Source of the DNA: Dimorphilus gyrociliatus
Taxonomy: Eukaryota; Animalia; Annelida
Reading direction: 5' to 3'
Length of the DNA stretch: 64,000 nucleotides
Assembly: GCA_904063045.1 (NCBI GenBank)
Contig: CAJFCJ010000029.1
Span: 1-64,000, forward strand
In this document: positions 27,501-42,500 of the stretch, in pieces
Numbering within the stretch: position 1 is the first letter of the stretch
How the letters are laid out: every line of letters begins with the position of its first letter
Translations under genes and position numbers: made by a program
The notes under the pieces: model-generated
The model's database searches: none
Seen by the model: the letters and a program-made list of their open reading frames with translations, nothing else
Told to the model about the DNA's origin: nothing

Positions 27501-30500
27501 TTCGCTCTAAAGTACCCTTGAAAAACAACAACAACTGCACTCCTCATATTTACATTAAACGTTGTTGATGTGTCTTATTGTTCATTTAATTGTTGAATAT
27601 TCATATCGTAGTCAATCTCTTGCACATTTTTAATTACTTAATTTTTTAATTGCTCGCAGGATATCGAGGTTTGATTTTAATATCATAAGCAAACTTTAGC
27701 TAAAAAACCCACGTTGTAAGCGAACGTCGCTAAGAATGCTTTATAAAACTTATAACATATTTTAGCTAGAAAATATCTTATCCTTAGTTTTAATACAAAT
27801 CCTAAAACGAAGCACTGTTCAATAAAAATATTTACGCTTACTAGCCAATGCTATTGCAGGTGTATATTTTGCAGAACGTTGTCATTTTCTCTCTCACACA
27901 TATAGCATGTCTTTTGGGAAGATAGAAAGAAGACAATATTATTTCATTTTTATATTATTGTTGTTTTTAATAAATTATATATATATTTTTTTTTTTAAAA
28001 AAAAAGAATCTTTTTTCTATAATTAAAGTTTTTAATAATATTTCGTTTTCTTTTAGTTCCGCTGTGAAATTACTGATCTTGGCATCCCGCCAAAAAAAGG
28101 TAGAAATGCGGCTACTGTAACTATTGGAATTACGAGAAATAAGTATTCACCGAAATTCACTAATATCCCGAAGACTATAACTGTCGATGAAACGGAAAAA
28201 GTAAATCAATTGATTATTTAAAAATCAATAATTCTATGTATAGAAATTACAAATTAGACGCTAATTTATTCTATTTGTAAATTATAGCAAGGAATTGTCG
28301 TTTATACCGTTAAAGCTGAAGATAGAGATACTAAAATACCATATAATTTTATGACATTTTCTTTAATTGGTGACGATACTGCTGATTCTTTCTTTAAAAT
28401 AAATGAAAATAGTGGTTCTATATCAATTAGAAATGATTTGGTAAATGCACCTGGTCAAACAGTAACTTACAGAGTAAATATTTATCATTTATAAGGTTTT
28501 TTTTTTAATTTTAACTTCAAACTGCAAAATTTTAATCCTTTTAGCTTCGAATCAGAGTAGAAGATGGGGGAAGTCCAGCTAGATTTGATATACAAATATT
28601 GACAGTACAAGTCAATCGTAATCTTAATTCACCAATTTTCTCTGAAACTCGAAAAGTATATAAAGTTAAGGAAACTCTCAGAATTGGTACAACTATCGGA
28701 TCAGTTTCTGCTAGAGATGCTGATACAAAGAATCCTCACAATAGAATTAGCTATTCTACCAATAACAACTTTTTTGATGTAGAAGAGAGCAATGGTAGAA
28801 TATTCTTAAAACGCCTCTTGCTGGATCAAGGAAGCGATGCAATGACTGTTGGTATTTGGGTTTTCTAAACTATTTTTGTTGTTAACTTTCAAATCCTGCT
28901 TCAGATTACAATAATCGCTACGGATAATGGTATTCCGAATCGTCGAACTTCTCCTGAACCAGCTCTCGTAACAGTCAATATAACAAGAAATAAATTACCA
29001 CCAGTTTTCCAATCTTCCACGTATAAGATGAAAATTAATCAAGCACATTCGGGAAGAATAATCTTGGTTCAAGCAACTGATCTTGATACAGAGGTATAAC
29101 TATTTAACGATTCATAAATTTCCTCAAAAATCTGTTATTAATAAATCTTATCCTGATTTTTCAGAGCCCATTTAGAGATATCAAATACAGTATTATTGGT
29201 GATGACAATGCCAATAATTACTTTTCTATAAATGAAGTATCTGGAGAAATAACTCCGAAACAAAGTTTAAAAGACCATGACAGAAAATCTTATAAAATTC
29301 GAGTAGAAGCTAGAGATGGTGGCACTCCACCACGAACTGCTATTACTGTAGCCGAAATTGATGTGGAAAGGAATTTAAATGCACCTACATTTAATCCAAA
29401 GAGCGCGATTATCTCTATACTAGAAACCATTAATTTGGGTCAGACTATTTATACAGCTTCTGCAACTGATCAGGATAAAAATGTTTGTATTAGTATTATT
29501 ATCATGAGAAAATCTGAAGTTTTCTATCATAATTTATCCATAGGCTCCGGATAATCAAATTCAATATGCCATCTCTAATGAAAACGATAATTTTAACCTA
29601 TTCAAAATTCAAGAAGGTAGTGGTGAAATCTACATTGCTAAAGATTTAAGAACCAATAGCGCCGATTCTTACTCGGTATTTCATAATAAAAACCAATTAA
29701 ACAATCGTTAACAACATTAATTTCACAGGTGAAAATTAGCGCAACAGACAAAGGAACAAATCCTAAAAAGGCAGCTGAAGATTTTATACTTGAAGTACGA
29801 GTATCTAGAAATAAAAATGAACCAACTTTTACTGATGGAGCTGTTCAATCACAAACTATATCGGAAAATGTTGAAGACGGATATATCGTTAAAAAATTTA
29901 ATGTTAAAGATCTGGATGACAAAGAACCATTCAACGTTGTCACAACTGGAGCCATTGGAGATGGTAATGCAGAAACCTTCTTTGAAGTTAAACCTAAAGG
30001 GGAAGTTAGCATTAAATCCGCATCCAGTCTAGCATCTGATAAAGCTCCATCATACCAAGTAAGATACGATGATTTCTTTTAATGAAAGTATCCTCACTAA
30101 AATAATATTCCAATTTCTTTTAGTTGAGAGTTTTAGCATCAGATGGAGGAACGCCGCCTAAAACTTCAACAGCTGTACTTACTATCAACGTCCAAAGAAA
30201 TTTATACGAACCGAAATTTTCCAATGAAAACAATATAGCTGTTTCATTGAAAGATACAGTAGCTCCAGGAACAGAAGTTACCGTTTTAACAGCTACAGAT
30301 GATGATAATGATGTTAGAATTTCTTTTAATAATAAGCAAACTATCTTCTAAACAAAGATTTTACAATTTTTTTTATATAGGCTCCATACAATACAATAAC
30401 TTTCACTATTATTGGAGATGGAAATTCTACAGACTTTTTCTACATCCATCCAGATACAGGCCGTATTACAACATCTAAGGATTTTTTTACGACGACAAAA

Positions 30501-33500
30501 AACTTTTTCAGAGTTTGTTATAGATTCTCTATTGTTGTTTAGATTATTAAACACGTCTATTCCGTTATAGATTCGAGTTAAAGCAACAGATAGAGCTCCC
30601 GTACCAAAATCTAGTATTACTTACGTAGAAGTCAGTATTATAAGAAATCAAGGTACACTACGATTCAGTAGTAACACTTTAACAACAGAAATTCAAGAAA
30701 CAAGAGCAATCGATCAAACGGTAAAAGAAATTTATCTTTAATCTTTAAATGTGCGTTACATTTTCTTTAATGTATTTGTAGATATATCTTGCTGTAGCAA
30801 GTCCATCTGATAATGTAAAATATCGAATAATTGGTACTCTATTATCTCAAGAATATTTCAAAATTGGACAAAGTGATGGAAAAGTACAAATTAAGAAAAG
30901 TCTTAAAGATGATCAAACAGCTGCCCCGTATTATTTGGTAATTGATTTTCAATTTTTTCTCTATTGTTAATCTATTAGGCTAATCTTTTTTCCTTGTCTC
31001 TAGATTCATATTGAAGCGGAAAGAGAGTTTGAAGTTACCAAGCAAATCGCTAAAACTACTTTGAATGTTACTGTTATAAGAAACTTAAATCAGCCTAAAT
31101 TCTCCTCAAGACTGTTTCAGAGAAGAGAGTTGGATGAAAAGACTCCTAAGGGAACAATTTTATTGGAATTATCGGCCGTTGATAATGACAAAGTAATGAT
31201 GAAAATATTTATTGCTATTCTTCTAATTATATGTTTTTCATGTTAATAGGATGTTTTACTTTACTCGGTTGCTGAAGGAGAAGATGCGTCTTTCTTCTAT
31301 TTGCACCCGTCAACTGGAGAAATATCTCTGATTAAATCCCTTCTTACCGATACAGCAACTACCTATGAGGTTGGATAGTATTTTCAATTATCAATATCTA
31401 TTTATTTATCATATTTGCATGGTAAAATTTTCAGTTTGACGTTATTGTCTCTGATCAAAGAATTCCACCAAAAACTGATAGAGCCACAGTAAGAGTTTTT
31501 ATTAAGAGAGATGTGAAGGATCCATATTTTGAGGGAATTCCCTATATTACTGAAGTAGAAGAAACGGCTCCACTAAATCATCTTATCATCCAACTAAAAG
31601 GAAAGGATGATGATAGAGAAGGGCCATTAGTTTATGGAATTGATGGTTTTGATCCTGCTCCATTTTATTTTCGTGTTGATTCAAGTTCAGGTCAGGTTAT
31701 GGTGAAAAGAAACTTAAAATTGAGTTTAGATTTTACTTTTACTGTAAGTATACTGCTGCAAAATAGATCAATATCATCATTTAATCCCATTTTCTTACCT
31801 ATAGTTATCAGTTTTTGTTTATGACAATGCAAATCCTGATAAAAAAGCTAAAGCTAATGTTACAATTACGGTTCTTCGTAATAAGAATCAGCCCGTATTT
31901 CAAAAAGCTAAATACGAGATGTCTGTATTGGAGAATAGACGAGTTGGATCCACCCTAGTCAATGTACAGGCTGTTGATCAAGATGGTGATGAAGTACGAT
32001 ATAGGATAATAGGCGAGAGCAGTCAGTTCCTATTCTTAAACGAAAGAAATGGGGCCATCAGCCTTGCTAAACCTTTGAGTGATGCAGTTGAAGATCAAAT
32101 TAGAATAAAAATTGAAGCTTACGATAACGGTTATCCGGTTCGAAGCAGTTCAACAAATGCTGATGTTATAATAAATATTAACAAGAATAGACATTCACCA
32201 GAATTTATTGAAGATCAATATTCAACAACTATAACAGAGAAGAGGGGAATTAATAGCGATATCTTGAGACTTCAAGCTACTGATAAGGATAATCAGGTAA
32301 GGATTAAACTTGCTTGCAAAATTATGCTCATTAGGTAATAAACAATTCGCAGAGTCCCTTCAACACCATTAAATATTTTATGATCGGTGATGAAAGTGGT
32401 CCTACCTTCTTCAAAATTAGCGAGGAAACCGGAACTATATCAATTAAATCGAACCTTAGAAACGACGATAGAGAAGTTTATTATGTAGATAATTGTGAAA
32501 TACAAAAGCTACTGTAATATTTAACAATTTTTAATGATATTTTTTAGCTAAGAATAGAAGCAAGGGACGGAGGATCTCCTGCAAAAATAGCTACTCGTGT
32601 AGTAGTTGTAACAGTGGAGAGAAACCTTGAAATACCTCGATGGAATAAGAATACATATATTGAAAATATACTAGAAACTTTCCCTGTCGGTAATACTGTT
32701 ACAAGATTACAAGCAAGGGATGACGATGATCGTGCTCCTTATAATCAATTGGAATATAGTTTAACCGAAAATGTTGACTCTCGTATATCGGAGTTTTTTG
32801 GTGTTGAACAGTACACAGGAGCTCTTTTCCTTAGGAAATCTCTAATTTTAAGCGATCTAAAACAATTCGGGGTAAATTTAGATATGGATGAATATTAATA
32901 CTTTGTACTTACATTTATATTTTTTTTAGCCTTTCGACGTTGTGCTTAAAGATAGAGCACCTAATCCTAAAACGGCTACGTCCATGGCTAAGGTCACTAT
33001 CAACATTGGACGAAATGAATTTTCTCCATCTTTTGGTCAGAGTACATTCAACAAAACGATTGATAGAAATCAAAGAAATGGCGAATTATTGACTGTAACA
33101 GCAAGGGATTTAGACACAAGCTATGGACCAGTTACCTACGAACTAATTGGTGATGGTGAAGCTACAGCTTTCTTTAGAATAGATGCCAACACTGGCAGTA
33201 TTTCACTCACGAGAAGTGTCAACAATGAAGCTGCAACAGAATATAGACTAAGGATAGTTGCAAAAGATAGAGGGACTCCTCCAAAAACAGATACAGCTAT
33301 TGTCATTGTGGAAGTTCGACGAAATTTACATAGACCAACCTTTTCACCAAATACTTACGATTTAAGAATTGTTGAGAATTGGCCAGTCTACCAGCCGACC
33401 TTCTTAGTCGTAAAATGTAGAGACAGTGATGTTGCGCCTCCGTATAACACTTTGAAATACTCAATTACATCTCCAGAAGAAGCTAAAAATTATTTTGAGT

Positions 33501-36500
33501 TAGAAGAATTAACGGGTAGACTTAAATTAAAACAATCACTGATCGGTGCCGAAGGATTATCTGAGAGATTAGAAATTCGGGTTCAATGTAGTGATTCTGC
33601 TGTACCACCAAGGGTCAATACAGATGGAAGTATAAGAGTAAACATCATTAGAAATAAATTTGCTCCCAAATTCGAAGGTTTTCCGTATGAACGAACTGTG
33701 CCTGAAGATTGGAAAACTGATACCCAAATTTTACAAGTTCTAGCAAAGGATAGCGATTCAGAGGTATTTATAAAACTTATAATTAAAGAACTATTTCATT
33801 TCTCTTCCACATCTATAGAACGATTTCAAGAAAATAACATATTCACTAATTGGAGATGATTCTGCCACTGATTACTTTAGTATAAATAATGAAACTGGGC
33901 AAATTTTAATTAAGACAGATTTAACACAAACTCAATTGACATCTATGCAGGTTTGTAATCGGTCTTTAAAATTAAATATTCTAATAACATATATTCTATT
34001 TATTCCATTATTTCTGTCTTATTACAGTTGAGAGTTGAAGCTAGAGATGGTGGAACTCCCGCCAAATCATCAAATACCGCTTTTAAAGTAACAATTAATC
34101 GTAATTTGAGAAATCCTGAATGGTTAGGTAGCACTGGAATTTCAAAAAGAATTGAGGAAAAAACTATTGTTGGAACTGTTATCGGAAATTTCTCAGCAAC
34201 CGATAAGGACCGAAGTTCTCCCTATAATCAAGTAACTTTCTCTGCACTGGATGGTGGAGACGGACCGATTTGTTTAGGAGTAAATGGAAGAAATGGAGAA
34301 GTTTTCGTCAAACGTTCCTTCTTTGTCGAACCTTGCTCTAGAAGTGATCAATTTACTCTTAGAGTTAAAATCTCTGATAATGGTTCCCCACCAAGACAAG
34401 CATCGGCAACCGGAACATTTTCCGTAAGAATTGCAAGAAACAAGCACATTCCAGTTTTTACGAATAGTGGACAATATAAAGTCTCTATTAAAGAGAATGT
34501 CGGCAGCGATAAGTCAATTTCCAGAGTTCAAGCGACAGATAGAGATTCAGAGAGTCCGTATAAAGATATCACCTATCGATTAGTAGGGAAAGATAACGCA
34601 ATACGTTACTTTACTGTTAACTCTACTAATGGTCGAGTTTTGCTATCGAGAAGCTTGGCTCAAGACTCTGCCTTACAATATGAATTAGAAATTGAAGCTG
34701 TTGATGGAGATAATGGTAAATCTACAGCAACTGTAATTGTTGATGTTGAAAGGAACTTATATCGACCTATTTTTGTTGAAACAAGTAAAACTGTAACAAT
34801 TTTTGAATGGCAAAATCTGGGTAACGTAATAGCTACAGTGACGGCCATAGATAACGATTCCAAATCGCCACATAAGGATTTTAGATATGAAATAAGAGGG
34901 AACAATAAGGCCAAAGAGTATTTTGGTATTGATGAACTCCGTGGTGATATTTTTGTCAAAAAGCCTTTAACAAGAGATTTATCAGGCTCGTCAGATTATC
35001 AAGTAGAAGTTATTGCAAAAGATCGTGGTATCCCTCCGCTACAAAGTTCTAATCAAGCTGTCGTAAGAGTTCAAGTTAGAAGAAATAGGAATTGTCCACG
35101 TTTTAGCGGCTCCTTTGCCACCAATATAAACTATACTTTACAAACCAATACTTTGGTTTTTAAAATTCAAGCTAATGATAATGACCCTGTTGGAACTCCT
35201 ATGAAGCAACTGACATACTATTTAGAAGGAAATTCAAAGGCTAAAAATTACTTTAGAGTTGATGCAGACACAGGAAGTGTTTACATCCGAAATAATCTAA
35301 GAAGCGATACCGATTTGGAGTATAAATTATGGATAAAAGTAGCTGATAATGCACAACCTCCATGCGAAGCACAACAATTATACACTGTAAATGTTCAAAG
35401 AAATCTCTATTCACCTGTATTTAATCAAAATCAATATACGGTAACGATTGATGAAGAACATTCAAGATCAAATGTTGTAACTACAGTGTCGGCAAATGAT
35501 AGAGATGAAATTCAGTTATATAGAACTGTTAGATACTATATAGCACCCGGCTCATCACATCAAGATCTTTTCCGTATTAATCAGAACAGTGGTGCTATTT
35601 ATTTAGCTTCTTCATTAATTGGATTAAGTGGAGAGGATTATACGGTAAATTTTATTAAATTTGATCTATTTTATTTCTAAAACTATCATCTCCTTCTAGA
35701 TAAGAGTCATCGCTAGAGATACAGGAACTCCTAATCAAAGATCTAGTAAAGAAGTTAACGTTAGAATTCGCGTTAATAGGAACAAGCGTTCACCTAGATT
35801 CCAATCAAGAACATATTCAGCTAATATGACACTGTTAACTGCTATTAATACTACTTTAGTAACAGTTAGGGCAACTGACGACGACAATTTGGTATATATT
35901 CATTGTTCTCTTTCTTTTATTCAATTCTTATATAATGAATGATTTTCAGAGTCAATACAAACGCATTTCCTATAAAGTTATTGGAGACGATTCAGCACCT
36001 GTCTATTTTAAAGTTCTACCTAATAGCGGGGCTGTTCAGTTATCTAAAAGTCTTAAATATGATTCAACTGTTGATTATAAGCTAAGAATACAAGCTGAGG
36101 ATGGTGGTACACCACCAAAAGTTGATTCAACATTAGTTCAAATTCACGTTAATAGGAATGAAAAATCCCCAAGATTTGCAGACACCAATATCCAAAGTTC
36201 TATCTCTGAGACATTGGCTCTTGGTCAACAATTTACGTCAGTGAGAGCCTCAGATGGCGATGTCCAAACTCCTTACAACAAAATATATTACATGTTAGAA
36301 CCAAGCTCGGAATATTTCAATGTGAATAGAGAAACTGGGGGTATTTTTGTTCAGAAATCGGTCATGGACGATCCAACGAAGAAAACTCAATACGATATTA
36401 CTGTTGTAGCATTTGACGAGGGATATCCTCACCAAAAGAAAAGTTCCAACTCAATCAACGTTCGTATAAGAATTGTGAGAAATTTGAAAGCCCCAACATT

Positions 36501-39500
36501 CCTCAACGCTGATAATTATAAAAAGACTATTAAACAAACCATTCAACCTGGCCAATCCGTTATATCGATATCTACAAGAGACGAGGATACAAATGTAATT
36601 TTCCCTTTGACTATCATCCACCCGCCGAATACTAATTTGTTGCTTTATTCTTTTTTTATCTAGTCTCCATTCAACGATGTTACTCGTGAAATTATTGGAG
36701 ATGGAAAAGCTCCGCAATACTTTGATATGAAAAATAACGGAGAGATTTTCCTAAAGCCAGGTGTCGATCTTGTGGCTGATACAGAAATGCTTTATGTGGT
36801 ATGATATTAATTTATGCTTATTAGACCAAGCTATACAAATGTATAAAATTAATGTTTATTCAGCTAAGAATTTTGGCTAAGGACGGTGGAACTCCATCTT
36901 TATCCAGCACGGCAACAGCTGAAATCACTGTTGAAAGAAATTTAGTTTCACCAAAATTTGAAAGAACCAACTCTTTTGTGGAGATTAATGAAGATGTTAA
37001 GCCTGGTTCGAGTATTTCTCAGGTAAATGCTGTCGATGAAGATGTCACTGCACCTAACAATGAATTTGTTTACGATATTGTTGGAAATGAACAAGCTAAA
37101 GTATATTTCCACGTTCACCCACGATTGGGTGAGGTTACACTGGCAAAGCCCGTTTTAGAAACTAACAGCAGCCGTTATACCATCGTCATTACTGCTACTG
37201 ACAAAGGAGAACCACCAAGAACTTCGACTGCAACAATTCAAGTTTCAGTTAAAAGAGAAAAGGGAGAATTAAAATTTTCGACTGATCTGTATAATGTCGA
37301 GGTATCGGAAAACGATAATGTTGGTAAAATTGTAACTAAAGTCTCAGCTAGTCCAGGAGTATGTTTATCATATGAATTTTTATGATTAGTATTAAAAAGA
37401 TTGAAAATAATTCTTTTTTTTAAAGGCTAACTTACAATATGAATTAACCGGCTATGGCTCGGGACCAGAATACTTTAGAGTTATCGAGAGAAGGGGAGAT
37501 ATTCTTATTCGCAAGAAATTACTGAATGATCCATCAAAGATAACTGAATATAAAGTAACTTTGCTTAAATATATCAATATAATATATTTAATTGTCTAAT
37601 TTCAACAGCTCAAAGTCTTAGCAACATCTAAAGATGTAAGAGAGCAGACTGCCACAACTGAAGTTTTGATAAAAGTTAAAAGAAACGAATATTATCCATC
37701 ATTCTCCCAAAATAATTATGATAGAACTTTCCTTGAAAACTTGAGATTAGGAGAGGAAATTCTTAAAGTCTCTGCCTCAGATCGAGATCTGAGTGATGTC
37801 ATAACGTTCTCTTTTGACAATAGCACAGATGCTGAACTGTTCTTTATTAATCCATCAACTGGTTCAATCACATTAAAACACGTATGGAGTCCAGATAAGC
37901 AAACTGTATTTAATGTAGGTGTTTTGAAATCGTTTTAAATTAAATACTTCAAATAGTTACGAGCGAAAAATTTCAAACTAAATATCTTATTTTCAGTTCA
38001 ACGTTATTGCTTCCGACAACGCATTACCACCTAAAACGGCTTCAGCAAGGGTTCGACTTAGCGTAGTAAGAGACAGAGTACCAACGTTTATTAACCTTCC
38101 AAGATCGGTTAACATAGATGAATATCAAAGGAATAACTCTCAAATTTTCGGTGTTCAAGTCAGAGATGACGATAGACAAGGTCAATTTGTATATTCTTTC
38201 GTTGACTCTTCTGAAAGTAGCAAAATTTTCTACATTGTTAATACGACTGGTCAAGTTCGTATAAATGATGCTGAGAAATTGAAAAATGATCAAATCAGCG
38301 AATACGCCATTGCCATCAAAGTTATAGATGATAAACGACCTGTAACTTCCTCTGCAATTTCTACTCTAATCATTCGAGTTAATAGAAACGTTTATCAACC
38401 GAAATTTGAGCAAAGTAGTTACAGAGTTTTGATTAATGATAGATATCAAATTGGTCAAGAAATAATTAAAGTAAAAGCAAATGATCGGGATACGGATGAT
38501 GTACTAAGGTAACATTATATTTGTTAATAAAATATGTGTATATTCATTTTAATATTTTTCAGATATGAAATAACTGGTACAGAAGATGCAATGCAAAGAT
38601 ATCATATTGATCCATCAACTGGATCGATTAGTCTCAAATACAATCTTCAATCTTTAACTCACAATACTGATACCGTAAAATCTTAAACATAAAACCGTCT
38701 TCTTTGTAGATTTATGTCATAATTCTATTATTTTCCTTTAAATCAGATTCAAGTTAGAGTCAGTGATCAGTCCACTCCTCCTCAATTTGACAACGCAAGA
38801 GTTACGGTCACGATTCGTAGAGATACTTCTCCACCAAAATTCCAAAATAATGATTATAAAGCCACTATTAACGATCTTGCAACAGTAGGATCTGGTTTAA
38901 ATATTCAACCAGGTGTTAGAGCTACCGATAGAGATAATGAAGGAAAAATTGAATACGAGCTGGTAGGAGTTTTCCCAGCACCACAATTTTTTACCATTAA
39001 TCCAAATACTGCTCAAGTAAGAGTATCTACGGATTTACGGAAAGATACCCTAAATTCTATGCTTTATACTGTCAGTATTTTCATATATTTCCTTTAAAGA
39101 AGAAGAATTAAATATTGACTTTTTTCTTTTTAATTAAAACAGCTTGAAATTGTAGCATTCAATAGTCTTTATCCTAGCAATCGAGAGACAGCTACAGTTG
39201 CAGTATCCGTTGAAAGAAATACAAAAGCTCCAAGATTTAATCAGCAAACTTATACCAAAACCATTAATGAAGATGTCGGTATTGACTATTCAATTTTAAC
39301 AGTTAAAGCTGTCGATGATAACAAGGTATATCTCATTTGAAACTGAAGATTCCCATTACTTAATAATAATACAATTGTTTGTTTAGGATGACAAAATCAG
39401 CTATTCAATTTCCGGCGAGGCTGATGTTATATCAAAATTTTTTGTTGACTCTGAGACTGGTGAATTAACAACTAAAGAAGATTTGACGAAATATACTGAG

Positions 39501-42500
39501 AAGAAGTATAGGTTCTTCGCCGTAGCAACTGATGATGGTGTACCCAAGCAATCGTCATCAACCTCAGTTGTGATTACGATCAGAAGAGATGAATTCGCTC
39601 CTATGTTTACTGGAGGGCCTTATACAGCGCCTCAAGTTCCAGAGAATAGAGGAATAGGAAGTCAAATTTTCTCTGTTCAGGCCACTGATCAAGATAGGCA
39701 AGGGTCAATACGATATGAAATGATAGGAGATGCACCTGCCACAGACTACTTTATTGTAGATACGAATTCTGGAGGAATTCGAATTAAAGATAAATTAAGT
39801 AAAGATAGCTCACCATTTTACATAGTGCGAATTGCTGCCTACGAAAGTCAAAACCCACTAAGAAGGGTAACAACAACTGTTCGAATACCAGTTCTTAGAA
39901 ATGCAAATAGTCCCAAATTCGAGAGACAGCAGTATGAAAAGACAATCGAGGAAAACTTGCAAATAGGTAAAACTGTTGTTCAAGTAAGAGCTAGAGACCG
40001 GGATCCTGACGACATTATAAGCTACTCTATACCTGGAAGCGAGAACGATACTCCAGCAAAGAGATATTTTGGTATAACAGGAGAATCGGGAATTCTCTAT
40101 GTAAAGAAATCCTTACAAGAAGATAATTCTAATACGGAAACATTCCAGGTTACACAATTATTAACAAACAGAAATTTAATTACTTTACATAAAATACTCT
40201 TTCAATAGTTTAAAGTTACCGCCAAAGACAATAAAAAACCAGAAAGAACAGACGAGACAGATGTGATAATAACAGTTGTCAGAAATCTTGCAAAGCCAAC
40301 GTTTACAGGTCAACCATACAAAGTAAATATCGGTGTGTCTCTTAATTCCGGTCAACTCGTCACAAGCGTCGTGGCCAGAGATACAGACCTAAAAGATCAA
40401 GTAAGTACTTCATTTAATAAAGAAGATTTTAATAAGAAGTAGATGAGAGAAATAAAGGTTGAAAGAGTGTAAATGAATGTGTATATAAATGTATATAGTA
40501 CATATATATATATATATATATTAGTATAAATTTATATTAACATATATATATTTTAGGATAATACGACATTGGTACGTATTGTAAAAAAAAAACAGCTACT
40601 ACTAAGTTTTTTCTACTGCCAAAAAAATAAACAAATAAACAAACAAACAAACAAAAGAAACAAACAATTATTAAAAAAAAAAACAACTAAAACCCTGTGT
40701 TTTTTTTTATTTATTTTCATTACTACTGTATTGATTAAATTTTGTCTTTTTCATTATTTCTGATGATGTTTGAATTCCTTCCCTTAGTTTTCAAATAATA
40801 TTTTTATATTAGCTTTTTATTTGTGTGTGCGTTTTTTCATTTTTTGATATTTTAGAAGAAGTTAGAGAGAAATTATTAATTTATTAATTTATTCTTCTAT
40901 TTTACAGAATCGAATAAAATATGAAATTAATGGAGTAGTACCATCGCCATATTTTTTTGGTATTGAAAATAATGGAAATATAATGTTAAGAAGAAGTTTA
41001 AAAGCTGATTTATCACTCTCTTATTTGGTAAAAAATATAAAAAATATTCTCCAGTATTAATGAAAACTTAACTTTATCTTTTAGATTCAAGTTGTAGCTT
41101 ATGACAGAGTGTATCCTAATGATAAAGGTACTGCTACTGTTACTGTTGAAGTTAATAGAAATGAAAATCAGCCTAAGTGGGTTAATTCTGAAACTCTAAT
41201 AGTAACTGTAAGTGATAGGGTGCCCCTCGGTTATACTGTTACCGATGACGTAAAAGCTACTGATGCCGATGATAAAGTATGTCAAAGATATTCGACAAAA
41301 GAAGTGATTTAATAGATGTGATATATTTTTATAGCAATCTGTTTCGTACCGCGTATTGGGTGATGGTGATGCTCCTGGATACTTCTACGTTGATCCTACT
41401 ACTGGTCGAGTGAACCTTAAGAAATCACTTTATCCTGGAAGAGCCACTTCTTACAGACTGAGAATAGAGGCTGCAGATGATGGAATACCAAGAAAACTAA
41501 ACGAAATGACCTTATATATTACTGTCAAGAGAAGTTCAACACCACCACGTTTCGATGGTGCTCCTTATCCAAAGAAAACAATCGATCAAACATCTAAAAT
41601 CGATACACTTGTTACTACAATTAAAGCCCACGACCCAGACAGCGTTGGAGGATCTGGAGGAAATGCAGATATAAGATTCTCAATTACTGGAGATTATCCT
41701 GCTCCGTCCTTCTTCAAGATAGATGAGAAAACAGGAGAAATAAAAGTTAAAGAACGGCTAACAAAAGACAACTTAAAAACTACTACCTATCTCGTATTAA
41801 AAAAATATTATATTCATTCTAGTAACTTCATTTAACTTATCAATTCATTGTTCTATTCATACAGATAAGAATTCAAGCTATCGACATTAATTATCCAGAA
41901 CAGAAATCATTTACAACCGTAAAAGTCGATGTTGTAAGAAATGCTAATGGACCAAAATTCGAAGACACTGAGTTTCAAAAGTCAATGCCTGAAAATACTG
42001 AACTGGGATCGTCTGTTCATCAAGTCATCGCTAAAGATGACGATGGTGATAATATAATTTATGAACTAACTGGAGAAGATGACTCTAAGGAAGTATTTCA
42101 CGTTAATCCGTTTACCGGTTTAGTCCTACTTAAAAAATCATTTACTTTAACTAATGAGATGCAATATAAGGTAACAATATCAATTTTGGTTACAAGATAT
42201 TTCTTTATATTGTAAATTTTTCAGTTGCTCATTCAAGCATGCGATTCGATATCTTCTGAGAAAAAGTGTGATCTTGCTACTGTTTTCATAACAGTTATCA
42301 GAGAGAACCAGCCTCCAGCTTTCCTAGGAACACCTTATAACTTTAAAATTAATGAAAGACGTCCTGTTGGCAGCGAAATCTATACTGTTCGAGCTGATGA
42401 TGCAGATAATAACGATCCATTAATTTACAAAGTTGTTGGAATATCTCCAGCGCCAACTTTCTTTAATATCAATGATACGACGGGTAAAATAAGCGTTAGA

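Noticed and set aside
26050-37505. Three RGD tripeptides in the cadherin ectodomain
   Set aside because: About 2-3 are expected by chance in ~9,300 aa of this composition.
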